NCBI GenBank assembly: GCA_021795575.1
Contig: JAJYPH010000003.1
Span: forward strand, 1-58,707
Source: Bacillota bacterium
GTDB lineage: Bacteria; Bacillota; Sulfobacillia; Sulfobacillales; JAIMBI01
Direction of reading: 5' to 3'
DNA: 58,707 nt
The position numbers and the translations under genes were made by a program. Under the pieces are notes generated by a model. That model saw only the letters and a list, made by a program, of their open reading frames with translations. It ran no database searches and was not told the origin of the DNA. Positions 38,223 through 47,628 of the stretch are shown here, in pieces. How positions within the stretch are numbered: position 1 is the first letter of the stretch; every line of letters begins with the position of its first letter.

Positions 38223-39272
38223 TTAGCCGCACGGCACCAAGCCCTCCGTCTCCGTGATCCCCGGGATGCGGCCGCGCTTCGCCACCGGGCGCCCCGCCAC
38301 TTCTTTCAGATCCATGGTGAAGTCCAGCGGCGGCGCGGCGGCGACGTAGTGTCCCACCCCGAAACCGGAGGCCCCCGCCTCGCGCAGTTCGGCCACCCGC
38401 TCTGGCGACAACCCCCCTGAGACAAAGATCCCCACATGCCCAAACCCTGCCCGGTCCAGGTGGACGCGCAGTTCCCGCACGAGCCCCGCGGTGACACCTC
38501 CGCGCTCGCGGGGCGTATCCAGGCGGACACTGGTGAGCGACGGCAGGGCCCGGGCGACCCGGAGCGCCTCTTCCACCTCGTCATGAAAGGTGTCCACCAG
38601 CACGGTGCGCGGCACCGCCGCCGGCATCACGGCATCAAACAGCCGGGCCACGGTCAGGGTATCGCCCACCATGAGCATCAGCGCGTGCGGCATGGTGCCG
38701 GCCGGCACGAGACCCGCCTGGCGCGCCCCCAAAATCGTCGAGACGCCCTGAAATCCCGCCACCAGCGTCGCGCGGTCCATCACCGACGCCACCGCCGGGT
38801 GCACATGCCGTGCGCCATAGGAAATGACCGGCGCGCCGCCCGCGGCCGCCACCACGGCGGCCGCGGCGGTCGCCCAGCCGGACGAGGCGGCCAGCATCCC
38901 CAGCAGCGCTGTCTCGAACACGCCAAATTGGCTGTACGGTCCCCGAATCCGCAGCACCACCTGGCGTGCCGCCACGCGGGTGCCCTCTGGCGCCGCCCAA
39001 AGCTCGAGACCACGCCCCGACAGCAGGCCGAGGGCCTCATCCATTCCGGCTAAAAGCCCGCCGTGGTTGGCAAACACCTCGGCCGTCACGACTTGCTGGG
39101 CCAGCCCCTGCTGAGCCAGGACCTCGAGCGTCCCCACAAAATACACGTCCGCCGTCAGGCCCCCCAGCACCTGATCCGGGGTGGCCGACCGCACCGGCGA
39201 CGGCGCTGGCTCCCAGCGGGCCACCTCCGCCCACGACAGGGCCGGGGCTGGCAGCGGGCTTAGGCCCGCCAC
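38223..39272 (-). CDS. pncB: nicotinate phosphoribosyltransferase
   Basis: TADVYF, GARH, GTMPHA, VDTF, VRLDTP, SGGL. Confidence 0.88.
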   Translation of the reverse strand: MAGLSPLPAPALSWAEVARWEPAPSPVRSATPDQVLGGLTADVYFVGTLEVLAQQGLAQQVVTAEVFANHGGLLAGMDEALGLLSGRGLELWAAPEGTRVAARQVVLRIRGPYSQFGVFETALLGMLAASSGWATAAAAVVAAAGGAPVISYGARHVHPAVASVMDRATLVAGFQGVSTILGARQAGLVPAGTMPHALMLMVGDTLTVARLFDAVMPAAVPRTVLVDTFHDEVEEALRVARALPSLTSVRLDTPRERGGVTAGLVRELRVHLDRAGFGHVGIFVSGGLSPERVAELREAGASGFGVGHYVAAAPPLDFTMDLKEVAGRPVAKRGRIPGITETEGLVPCG

Positions 39273-39751
39273 GAGAAAATCACTTCCACCTCGACCGGCG
39301 CGTCCAGCGGCAGCGCACTCACGCCGACCGCCGACCGGGCATGCCGCCCCGCCTCGCCAAACACACTCTGCAAAAGCTCCGACGCCCCATTGATCACACT
39401 CGGCTGGGCGTGAAAATCAGGAGGCGACTGCACAAACCCCACGACTTTTAAAACACCGGTCAGGCGGTCCACGCCCCCTACGGCGGCGGCCGCCGCGGCC
39501 AGCGCATTTAAGGCGCACTGGCGTGCGGCGGCCCGCGCTTCCTCCACGCTCACCGCGTCACCCACCGCGCCGGTCGTCACCAGCCGCCCATCCACCGAGG
39601 GGAGCTGCCCCGACGTCCAGCACTGATCCCCCACCACCCGAGCTGGCACGTACACGGCCACCGGTGCCGGCGCCACCGGCAGGGTGATTCCCAGCGCGTC
39701 GAGCTGCTCCGATACGGTGCCCGTCCCCGCTGCCTCGCTGCCAGATGCCAT
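39260..39751 (-). CDS. RidA/YjgF-family protein
   Basis: YVPA, SGQLP, NGASEL, HARSAVG..LP. Confidence 0.9.
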   Translation of the reverse strand: MASGSEAAGTGTVSEQLDALGITLPVAPAPVAVYVPARVVGDQCWTSGQLPSVDGRLVTTGAVGDAVSVEEARAAARQCALNALAAAAAAVGGVDRLTGVLKVVGFVQSPPDFHAQPSVINGASELLQSVFGEAGRHARSAVGVSALPLDAPVEVEVIFSWRA

Positions 39752-40211
39752 TCCCTGATCGCCGCCCATCTTGCAATTTGGCCCGCTCCATCCGGCGGGG
39801 CCGTACTTCGAGACTAGCATCCACCCGATCCGCGGTCAATGCAGGGAACGCCTGCCACATCCGCCTTCAGCCGACCGCTCGGCCATGGACCAGACACTCC
39901 TGCCGGCAACGGCTGTGACCGGCACGCGGTGCCCGGTTTACGATTCGGGATCACGCCCCGCCACGCGTGGCGCCGCGGCGGCACGGACCGATACGGATCG
40001 CGACTCCGCGCGGATGTCTTGGCCCGCCATTCTATGCGATAGGCCGGGCTCGCGGCCGGGCACCGAACGCGTGGGGCTGTGCGGCTTATCCCCCCTGGCA
40101 CTGGGGTCACTGCCTTTGGAACACCAAGGCTTCACTCTGACCGCGCCGCTTGTGGCTGCGGTCCCGGGCGATGGGTCGGCCAGCGACGCGGCCGCTGTCC
40201 GCCGCGGGTTC

Positions 40212-40246
40212 TTGACTTGCTCTTCAGGGCATTGCATTATTAGAAT
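40212..40246 (+). promoter_or_regulatory. candidate sigma-A promoter for the ccdA-like gene
   Basis: TTGACT-N17-CATTAT or TTGCTC-N18-TAGAAT in an AT-rich patch. Confidence 0.45.
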
Positions 40247-40260
40247 TCGATGGGGGTGAG

Positions 40261-40956
40261 GTGGTGCTGGCTGAACCGGTTTCGCTGGCCTTCCTGATGG
40301 GAGTCGCTGCCGTGTTCAATCCGTGTGGGATTGCCCTACTGCCCGCCACCATGGCGTGGGTCGGCGGGACCGTGCTGGTCACCCCCCGGTGGGTGGTGCG
40401 CTCGGGCCAGGGGGCGGGGACGGGCCTGCTGATGGCGGTTGGCTTTACCGCCGTCGTGGCGGTGGTGGCCCTCCTGATTCGAGCCTTGGGGCTGTTTGTC
40501 GGGCCTGTGCTTCGGCCCGTGATGCTGGGTATGGCCGGCGCACTGATTCTCGGAGGCGGGCTGGTGGGGATCGGGCTGTTTCACTTTCCCATCGACCGGT
40601 GGGTGCGCTGGGATCCGCGGCCCCGGGGGCACCGGGGATGGACCTTGCTGGTGGCCGGCGTGATTTACGGTACCGCAGCCCTCAGCTGCACGCTCCCCCT
40701 CTTCCTGGCCGCGTTCATCCCGGCGCTGTCGGCGGGCACACTCACCTTTGTGCAGCTCGTCGCGGCATTCGGCCTGGGCGCCGCGCTGGTGCTGGTTGGC
40801 GTCAGCGAACTGACCCTCTTCGCCCGCGACACGACGATCCACCTGATCCAGCGCGTAGGCCCCTGGCTGAACCCTGTGCTGGGCCTGATGGTCGCAGCCG
40901 CCGGCAGCTATCTGCTGTACTACTGGCTCTTGGGGCCAGGACGGTTCCTCGCCTAG
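40261..40956 (+). CDS. CcdA/DsbD-like membrane thiol transporter
   Basis: FNPCG..LLP and SCTLP Cys motifs; six TM helices. Confidence 0.85.
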   Translation: MVLAEPVSLAFLMGVAAVFNPCGIALLPATMAWVGGTVLVTPRWVVRSGQGAGTGLLMAVGFTAVVAVVALLIRALGLFVGPVLRPVMLGMAGALILGGGLVGIGLFHFPIDRWVRWDPRPRGHRGWTLLVAGVIYGTAALSCTLPLFLAAFIPALSAGTLTFVQLVAAFGLGAALVLVGVSELTLFARDTTIHLIQRVGPWLNPVLGLMVAAAGSYLLYYWLLGPGRFLA

Positions 40957-41037
40957 TGGACTCTGACGCCCCTCCCAGGGGCACCCGCATCGGGCTGGCT
41001 CGCCCGATGACCCATTGATTGTAGGAGGTGTACAAGG

Positions 41038-41622
41038 ATGAAGATGCGATCATCGGGACCACGGCGCGTCCCGGCATGGTGGGCGGCCGCCGCCGCCGTC
41101 GTGCTCGGCATCGGCTTGGCGGGATGTGGGGCCGCCGTGCCCCAAGCCGGGGCGACCCATAAGCCAGCGCTCACCAAGGCTCCCACCACCACTCCCGTCC
41201 GCACGCCTGCGCCGAAGGATCCGGCGGCGCCGGCCTTTTCCGTCAAGGATCTTGCGGGGGCGGCGATCTCCGTGCCCAACGGGGCCCCGACCGTGGTGTA
41301 CTTTATGTCAGCGATCTGCGGCAGCTGCATTCAGGGGGAGCAGCAGCTGGCGCAGCTGGCCGCTCAACTGCCGGGGTCTGTCCATCTGCTGTCCCTCGAC
41401 GTTACGCCGCAGTATGACACGGCCCAATCCCTGGCGGCCGTGGCCCAGGAGACGGGCGCGCATTGGCCTCAGGCGTTTTCCACCTCAGCCATCCTGCAAG
41501 CGTACCACGTGACTCAGCTGGACCAGGCGGCCGTAGTCACCGCGTCGGGGCACGTCCTCTACAACGGACCCCTGCCGTCCAACAGCCAGTTGCTCTCGCT
41601 GCTTCACCGCGCGGGGACCTGA
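41038..41622 (+). CDS. TlpA/redoxin-like lipoprotein
   Basis: Lipobox LAGC; APAFSV.DL.G; YF...CGSC; AGGAGG RBS. Confidence 0.85.
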   Translation: MKMRSSGPRRVPAWWAAAAAVVLGIGLAGCGAAVPQAGATHKPALTKAPTTTPVRTPAPKDPAAPAFSVKDLAGAAISVPNGAPTVVYFMSAICGSCIQGEQQLAQLAAQLPGSVHLLSLDVTPQYDTAQSLAAVAQETGAHWPQAFSTSAILQAYHVTQLDQAAVVTASGHVLYNGPLPSNSQLLSLLHRAGT

Positions 41623-41828
41623 AATGCAGGCCGGGGGCTCGCCGATCCACGCCGCCCCGTCGATGACGCAGTCAAGCCGTGTCGCTGATGCCCCGCGGCG
41701 TCGCTCCGGGTGGGGTGGCGCCGCCATCTGCGAGAGCCCCGCCGCACGCGAGGACACGCGCGACCGCACCACCGGTGCGAGGTCGCGCGTGTCCTCCCAT
41801 GCGCACCTGCACATCAGGAGTCGGACGG

Positions 41829-42035
41829 TCATCCACCACCCATCATGACCTGGCGGGGCGCAGAGCTGGACGGTGTCGGGGCGTGGACGGCGGTACGCCC
41901 CGGGCGTCGAAACCCCTGCGCCACCGGCGTGTCCATTCGGAATGAACCCGGATGCCCCCCACCGGGCCCTCCCAGCGTCCCGACCGCTGCCGCCATGCCC
42001 ACCACCACCGCCGTGCCCCACCGGAGTGTGCCCAT
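41829..42035 (-). pseudogene. short or frameshifted exported protein, possible metal-binding relic
   Basis: GAGGTG RBS and TGATG coupling; signal-like start; ends MMGGG; alternate frame has CAPPGH.x4.M. Confidence 0.3.
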
Positions 42036-42316
42036 CAGCCCACCTCCCGGCTACGCCGGCCCCGGGCAGGCGTGCTCGGCCGCTGTCGTGCCCGCCTGAC
42101 CATGGTCCCCGCCATGATGGCGGTCGCCATTCCTACTGTCACGACGACCCCCATCACCCACCCGTGTCCCTGGCTCCACCAACCGCCGACGGCCGCCGCC
42201 ACCCCCATGGAGGTCAGCCAGCTTGCCGCCAGCGGCCCACCACAGCACGCCGCCACACCCACGCCAGCCACCACCAGTGGCCAGCGGCCGCTGTTACGCG
42301 TTTTGTCCTCCGTCAC
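42035..42316 (-). CDS. MerT/MerE/MerF-like small metal-transport membrane protein
   Basis: ACCGGP vicinal cysteines in TM1; second TM helix. Confidence 0.65.
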   Translation of the reverse strand: MTEDKTRNSGRWPLVVAGVGVAACCGGPLAASWLTSMGVAAAVGGWWSQGHGWVMGVVVTVGMATAIMAGTMVRRARQRPSTPARGRRSREVG

Positions 42317-42520
42317 CGTGGTCCCGCCTTCCGTTCGGGCCGCCACCCGCCTTTCGGCGCTTCTCGGATTAGCCGTTCAACGGCCGGCGCCCTGGCCCTC
42401 GCTACTTCCACCGGCGGGCGCCACGCGCTGGTGGCCTGGGGCGTCTGGCAGCCGACCGCCCACCCTTGAGAAAGCCACGGCCGTTGCGACCCGACCTCGG
42501 CACCCGCCCTCGCCGACGCC

Positions 42521-42733
42521 CTAGCCTCGCTGAGGCACCACGCGATAACCCGCCGCATCCACGGCCCGAATGATCGCCGCTTCCTCGATGGGCTGGTCGT
42601 GCACAATCGTCGCCTGCCGGTGCAGGTAGTGCACCCGCGCCGACAACACCCCGGGCACCGTCTGCAGCGCGGACTGTACCTTGCCGGCGCAGTCGATGCA
42701 GTGCATCCCCTCCACCTTCCACGCGCTCTCCAT
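42521..42733 (-). CDS. heavy-metal-associated (CopZ/MerP-like) chaperone
   Basis: VEGMHCIDC, VPGV, AGY; GGAGG RBS. Confidence 0.92.
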   Translation of the reverse strand: MESAWKVEGMHCIDCAGKVQSALQTVPGVLSARVHYLHRQATIVHDQPIEEAAIIRAVDAAGYRVVPQRG

Positions 42734-42753
42734 CCAGCATCCCTCCCTCTGCG

Positions 42754-42781
42754 AGTATATCACAATATAAGAATATCTCAA
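42754..42781 (-). promoter_or_regulatory. sigma-A promoter with overlapping AT-rich imperfect IR (possible metalloregulator site)
   Basis: TTGAGA-N16-TATACT with extended TG; GAGATAT...ATATACTC dyad. Confidence 0.55.
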
Positions 42782-42905
42782 GCGGCATGCCTCTCACGGC
42801 CGCGACCGACCTGCCCTCCGCGTCTGACATAGCCTGGCCTCCGATCCGCACATAGTGGAGAGGCACGCTAGAACGCCGGCGGTGGCCAACAAAGGAGGGC
42901 ATGCG

Positions 42906-43439
42906 TTGCTCAATCTGGTGGACGCCATCTCCGTGTGGGCGGTGCCCATGCTGCTGGGCGTCATCCCGCTCTACGGCCTCATCAAGGGCGTCCCGGTCTA
43001 CGAGGTGTTCGTCGAAGGCGCGGAAGAAGGATTCAAGATGGCCGTCATGATGATCCCCTTCATCGTCGGCATTCTGGTGGCGCTGTCCGTGTTTGAGGCG
43101 TCTGGCGCGCTGGATTGGGTCATCGCGCGGCTATCCGGGCCGCTCGCCCTTTTGGGAGTGCCTGCCCCGGTGGTGCCCCTGATGCTGGTGCGGCCCATCT
43201 CCGGGGGGGCGGCGTTGGGCATTGCCACGGGCTTGTTGCAGAAGTACGGCCCCGACTCGCTGATCGGGCGGGTGGCCTCCACCCTACAGTCCAGCACCGA
43301 CACCACGTTTTACGTTCTCACGCTGTACTTTGGCAGCGTGGGCATTCGCAAGACCCGCTACGCCCTGAAGGTGGCCCTCGTGGGCGACCTGGCCGGGTTC
43401 GTGGCGGCTCTCGTCATCTGCCATGCGCTGTGGGGTTAG
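42906..43439 (+). CDS. spmB: spore maturation protein B
   Basis: VYEVFVEGA.EG, RPISG, GPDS, STDTTFYVL.LYFG; AAGGAGG + TTG. Confidence 0.93.
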   Translation: MLNLVDAISVWAVPMLLGVIPLYGLIKGVPVYEVFVEGAEEGFKMAVMMIPFIVGILVALSVFEASGALDWVIARLSGPLALLGVPAPVVPLMLVRPISGGAALGIATGLLQKYGPDSLIGRVASTLQSSTDTTFYVLTLYFGSVGIRKTRYALKVALVGDLAGFVAALVICHALWG

Positions 43440-44017
43440 GGCCCCGTCCTTCCCTGACGCCACCGATACCACCGGTCGGCCGCAATCGCCACCACCATCG
43501 CGGCCGTCGTCGCCAAGATCGTGGGCCCCACGATGTCCGCGGGGGCTCGCGACCCGGCCGCGACGCGCAGCGCGATGACCGACGCCGGCACGAGATTCAG
43601 GGCCGCCGTGTTGAGCGCAATAAACGTGATCATGGACACCGACGCGGTGTCGGGTGACTCCTGGGTCTCTTTGAGTTCCTGCATGGCCTTTAAGCCAAAC
43701 GGGGTGGCGGCACTGCCCATGCCCAGCATGTTCGCCACCAGATTCATGGACATGTTGCCCAGTGCCGGGGTGTTGCGCGGCAGCTCGGGAAACAGCCGCC
43801 GCAGGACGGGCGCCAGCAGCTGCGCCAGCTGCTCCATCAGGCCGGAGCGTTCGGCGATGCGCGCCATGCCCAGCCACAGGGTCATGATGCCGACGAAGCC
43901 GAGGGCCACCTCCACCCCTTTGCCGGCGGCCGTCATGGCCGCTTGAACCACCTCGGGCAGCGTCCCCGCCAGCGCGGCCACCACCAGGCCGCCCACCAGC
44001 AGCACCACCCACACCAC
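43436..44017 (-). CDS. spmA: spore maturation protein A
   Basis: LWLG, ANMLGMGSAATPFGLKAM.EL, LNT. Confidence 0.94.
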   Translation of the reverse strand: MVWVVLLVGGLVVAALAGTLPEVVQAAMTAAGKGVEVALGFVGIMTLWLGMARIAERSGLMEQLAQLLAPVLRRLFPELPRNTPALGNMSMNLVANMLGMGSAATPFGLKAMQELKETQESPDTASVSMITFIALNTAALNLVPASVIALRVAAGSRAPADIVGPTILATTAAMVVAIAADRWYRWRQGRTGP

Positions 44018-44057
44018 GTTAATCGTCGCGCTCGCCCCGGTGACACGATATGCGGGG

Positions 44058-44708
44058 CTAGGACAAATCCAACACCGGGAGCAACCGAGCTACCCACTCT
44101 CGTTCCGGCAGCACGCCCGACCACTCGGCGCGCCACGTCTCGGCGCCGTCGGTCATGCTCACGCGGGGCAGCCCCTCCCCGTGGCCCGGGACCGCCAACC
44201 CATCCACAACCAGGGTCCGGACGCGGTCGGGGGCGGCGGCCGCCCACCGCTCGGCCACCCGGATGGCGTGGGGACAGTACGGACAGTTGGCACTCGCCTC
44301 CACGCGCACGACGATCGGCCGTGTCAGGCGGGGCAGCACGGGTGCCAACAGCGCCGGCACCTGCCGGTCGGACACGCTCAGGTACCGCACGTGGGCCACC
44401 ACCGTCTGGAACACATAGCCCGCCGGCACGACTGTGAGCCTGGTGCCGCTGTCGCGGCCAGCCGCATCGAAAAACACGGCCGTCGGGCGACTCGCGATGC
44501 CCAAGGCCGCTGCCCGGGCGTCGTCCGGCCCGTAGTGGCGACGCACGACCAAGCGCTGATGGGCTCTGGCCGCCGCCGCCGTCCAAATGGCGTCGGCCCG
44601 CCGCGACGCCTCCCCGGGATCGAGAAACAGATCGACTGTCACCGTTCCGGTCAGGCCCCGCCACATCAGGGCCAGGGTGCGCCGATCCCGGTGGTCAAAG
44701 GTGGGCAC
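44058..44708 (-). CDS. thioredoxin-fold protein (PDO/AhpF-N-like) with a single CPYC
   Basis: CPYCP in the second Trx domain; G.LPE..W C-terminus. Confidence 0.7.
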   Translation of the reverse strand: MPTFDHRDRRTLALMWRGLTGTVTVDLFLDPGEASRRADAIWTAAAARAHQRLVVRRHYGPDDARAAALGIASRPTAVFFDAAGRDSGTRLTVVPAGYVFQTVVAHVRYLSVSDRQVPALLAPVLPRLTRPIVVRVEASANCPYCPHAIRVAERWAAAAPDRVRTLVVDGLAVPGHGEGLPRVSMTDGAETWRAEWSGVLPEREWVARLLPVLDLS

Positions 44709-45096
44709 GGGCGCTCGTCTGATCCAAGCCGGCGGCGCAGTGGCCGGCCCACCCGAGCATACCGCCCTTGAGCCAGTGCACGTCGCGAAACTGCCGCGTG
44801 TGCAAAAAGCGCACCGCCTGCAGCGACCGGTAGCCCGTCCGGCACACCAACACCACGCGGTCCTCGGGCGACCAGCGGTGGTGCTGCTGGCGGAGCCGCA
44901 TCCAGGGCACCGACACCGCGCCGTCCACATGCCCGCGGTTGAACTCCTCTTGTGAGCGGAGGTCGGCGACGACCACGGGCCCCTGCTGGCGCCAGTGTTC
45001 CAACTGCTGCGGGGTGACGCCCTTGACGGACAGCCACGGGCGCAACTGAGTCCACGCGCCTAGAGCCAACAGCCCTACGACCAAAATGCCGAGCAT
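44695..45096 (-). CDS. membrane-anchored rhodanese
   Basis: DLR..EF..GH, active loop CRTGYRS, LKGGM..W. Confidence 0.9.
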   Translation of the reverse strand: MLGILVVGLLALGAWTQLRPWLSVKGVTPQQLEHWRQQGPVVVADLRSQEEFNRGHVDGAVSVPWMRLRQQHHRWSPEDRVVLVCRTGYRSLQAVRFLHTRQFRDVHWLKGGMLGWAGHCAAGLDQTSARAHL

Positions 45097-45163
45097 GCTT
45101 GCCGCTGCCTTTCTCCGACCCGGTTGTGCCTCCAGTGTAGCACGCGCGCGCGGGATCTCGACC

Positions 45164-46729
45164 TCAAAAGCGCCCGAGCCCGGGCGGGTCCAGCCATTGC
45201 ACCCGCGCCTGGGCAGCCCGAAATTCGTGCGCGACCCGGTCCAGGCGCGCCTCGACTTCGTCGGGGGTGTCCGCTGTCATGGCGATGGCTAAGAGCCGTC
45301 CCTCCAAGCTCCGTCCCCGGTGCTCCAGGTGGCGCAGGATCACATCCAGTTCGCCCACCACCTCGCGGAACAGGTCGATCTTTTCATGGAGCAGATGCAG
45401 GATCTGCTCCTCGATGGTCTGCGCGGCAAACAAGTTGTAGATGTGGCAGACGGATGACTGCCCCAGCCGGTGCACGCGCCCGATGCGCTGTTCAATGCGC
45501 ATGGGATTCCACGGCAGGTCATAATTCACCACGCGATGGCACCACTGCAGGTTGAGTCCCTGGCTGCCCGCCTCCGTGGACACCAGTACACCCCGCGGCG
45601 TGTGCTGGAACCATGTGAGCCTCCGCTCCCGCTCGGGCGGGGTGTGGTGCCCGGCAAAGGCCGCCGCGGGTATCCCCCCCGCGTTGAGATGGGCCACCAG
45701 CATGTCCTGCGTGGCGCGGAACTCGGTGAACACCAGCGCGGGCGCCTCCAGATACTGCAGCAGATTCGCCAGGGCGCGGGCCTTGGCGGGCAGCGCGACG
45801 GCGCGGGCCAGAGCCAGCAGGTCCCCTTGCGCGCCGCCCAGCCAGTCGGTGCCGGCCAGCGTGGCCGCCAGTGCCTGCGGGCTGGAGCACAGTTCCCGCT
45901 GGATGGTCAGAATGGGGAGCAGGTTGCCGTGCCCGGCGAGCCGCTCCGCGTAGACGGCGCGGAGGTGCTGGGACAGGCGCTCGTACAATGTCCGTTCGGC
46001 GGACGTCAGCTCAATGGGGAGCAGGGTCACCTCCCGGGCCGGCAGCGACAGGCCCACCTCCTGGTGCCGATGGCGCACCATCACGCGGGCCAGCAGTGCC
46101 CGAAGCGCCGCGGTGTTTCGGGGCGTGCGGGGCGCGAGGATAAATTGGCGGTAAAAGTCGAGATACGAACCGAATAAGTTCGGGGACACCAGCGTCACCA
46201 AACTGAACAGCTCCGTCAGTCGATTCTCCAGCGGGGTGGCCGTGAGCAGCAGGGTGTGCCGGCGGTGGATCGCCTGCACCAGCGCGAAGTTTTGGGTGCG
46301 AGGATTCTTGAGGTGGTGCGCCTCATCCACCACCAGCAAATCCCATGTCCGCCCCAGCACGGCCTCGCGGAGGCGCCCCCGCTTGGCCGCGTCCAGGGAC
46401 AACATGGTGATCGACGCCCCAGCCTCGGGATGCGTGGTGCTCATCCAGCCAAATTTGCTGCGCCACTCATCGCGCCACTGAGACACCAAGCCCGCGGGCG
46501 CCAGCACCAGGGTGGCATCCCCGCGTCCCCGCGCGGCCAGTTCCGCCCGCACCAGGCCCGCTTCCACCGTCTTTCCCAGCCCCACCTCGTCCGCCAGAAT
46601 CGCGCTGCCCCCCAACTCCTGCACGACCACGCGGGCGGTTTCCACCTGATGCCCATACACCGCCAGACCCTCGCGGGTGCGTCCCTCGACGAACGCTCCG
46701 CCCGCCAGCTGGGCCAGTTGACTTTCCAT
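45164..46729 (-). CDS. SNF2-family helicase/translocase (YqhH-like)
   Basis: LADEVGLGKT, DEAH, TATP, GLNLQ, QRIGRVHR. Confidence 0.92.
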   Translation of the reverse strand: MESQLAQLAGGAFVEGRTREGLAVYGHQVETARVVVQELGGSAILADEVGLGKTVEAGLVRAELAARGRGDATLVLAPAGLVSQWRDEWRSKFGWMSTTHPEAGASITMLSLDAAKRGRLREAVLGRTWDLLVVDEAHHLKNPRTQNFALVQAIHRRHTLLLTATPLENRLTELFSLVTLVSPNLFGSYLDFYRQFILAPRTPRNTAALRALLARVMVRHRHQEVGLSLPAREVTLLPIELTSAERTLYERLSQHLRAVYAERLAGHGNLLPILTIQRELCSSPQALAATLAGTDWLGGAQGDLLALARAVALPAKARALANLLQYLEAPALVFTEFRATQDMLVAHLNAGGIPAAAFAGHHTPPERERRLTWFQHTPRGVLVSTEAGSQGLNLQWCHRVVNYDLPWNPMRIEQRIGRVHRLGQSSVCHIYNLFAAQTIEEQILHLLHEKIDLFREVVGELDVILRHLEHRGRSLEGRLLAIAMTADTPDEVEARLDRVAHEFRAAQARVQWLDPPGLGRF

Positions 46730-46764
46730 GTCCGGTCTCCTTTCGATGCTTCTGGGTCTCCGCG

Positions 46765-47628
46765 TCAGCGCGGCGGCGCCGGCCGCACCACGCGGCGCAG
46801 GTCCACCGCACTGGGAACGCCGGCCCGGTCCAGCGCCCGCCCCAGGTCGATGGCCGGGCCCCGCTCCCACGCCGGCAGTTGGGGCCGACGCAGCACGGTG
46901 GCCACGGTGACCGCATGGGGATCCAACGTGGGCAGGGCGGCGAAACTGGTGGGCCAGCTGACCGGTGCCGGTTCAATCGCCCGCACCCCGTACACCGCGG
47001 CCATCGTCCGGTGCGCCCCGTTCTGGAGGTAGTCCAGGTAGACCCGGGGGCCGCGCTCGCTCACGCGGCGCGTCACCGTGACGCCCTTGGGCCACAGTAC
47101 GCACGCGACCCGGGCCAGGCGCTCCATGGCCAGCGTGGCCTCTACCGCTGGCGTGGGTTCAATCGGCACCATCACGTGGACGCCACGGCGTCCCGAGGTT
47201 TTGACCTGCATCGGCAGCCCGACGTGGTCAAACAGGGTGGCCACGACGCGGACGGCGTCCACCACGTCCGCCCAGCCGGCCGGTGGATTCGGATCCAGGT
47301 CCATCACCGCCCAGTCATGCTCTGCCGGACCGGGGACCTCCGGGCTGGCGTGCCCCAGCGGCACGTGAAATTCGATCGCGCCCAACGCTACCCATCGGAG
47401 CAGCTCGGCCGGCTCCTCAATCCGAATGGGCTGGCGCCGGCCCGCCCGCTCCTGGTGCTTTTGAAAAAAGCCGGCGTGTGCCACCCCCCGGGGGTACCGC
47501 ACCAGAGTCACGGCGCGGCCCCGGCACGCTCCCACCACGCCCTCGGCCACGTGCTCGTAGTAGCGCAGCACGTCCGCGCGGCGGAGGCCGGCCCCGGGAA
47601 ACAGGACGCGGTCCCGCCCACCGCTCAC
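46765..47628 (-). CDS. LigD-type primase-polymerase domain
   Basis: RYPRG...FFQK, DLDP, KTSG.RG.H, VYLDYLQN; GTGA overlap with the ligase. Confidence 0.9.
   Translation of the reverse strand: MSGGRDRVLFPGAGLRRADVLRYYEHVAEGVVGACRGRAVTLVRYPRGVAHAGFFQKHQERAGRRQPIRIEEPAELLRWVALGAIEFHVPLGHASPEVPGPAEHDWAVMDLDPNPPAGWADVVDAVRVVATLFDHVGLPMQVKTSGRRGVHVMVPIEPTPAVEATLAMERLARVACVLWPKGVTVTRRVSERGPRVYLDYLQNGAHRTMAAVYGVRAIEPAPVSWPTSFAALPTLDPHAVTVATVLRRPQLPAWERGPAIDLGRALDRAGVPSAVDLRRVVRPAPPR

Noticed and set aside
39780-40210. About 430-bp gap at the island edge as a merB/merR remnant or ncRNA
   Set aside because: No convincing motif in the frames examined and no distinctive structure
42826-42858. sigma-E promoter for spmB
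   Set aside because: Two CATA boxes are present, but the spacing is longer than in the clear spoIVA example
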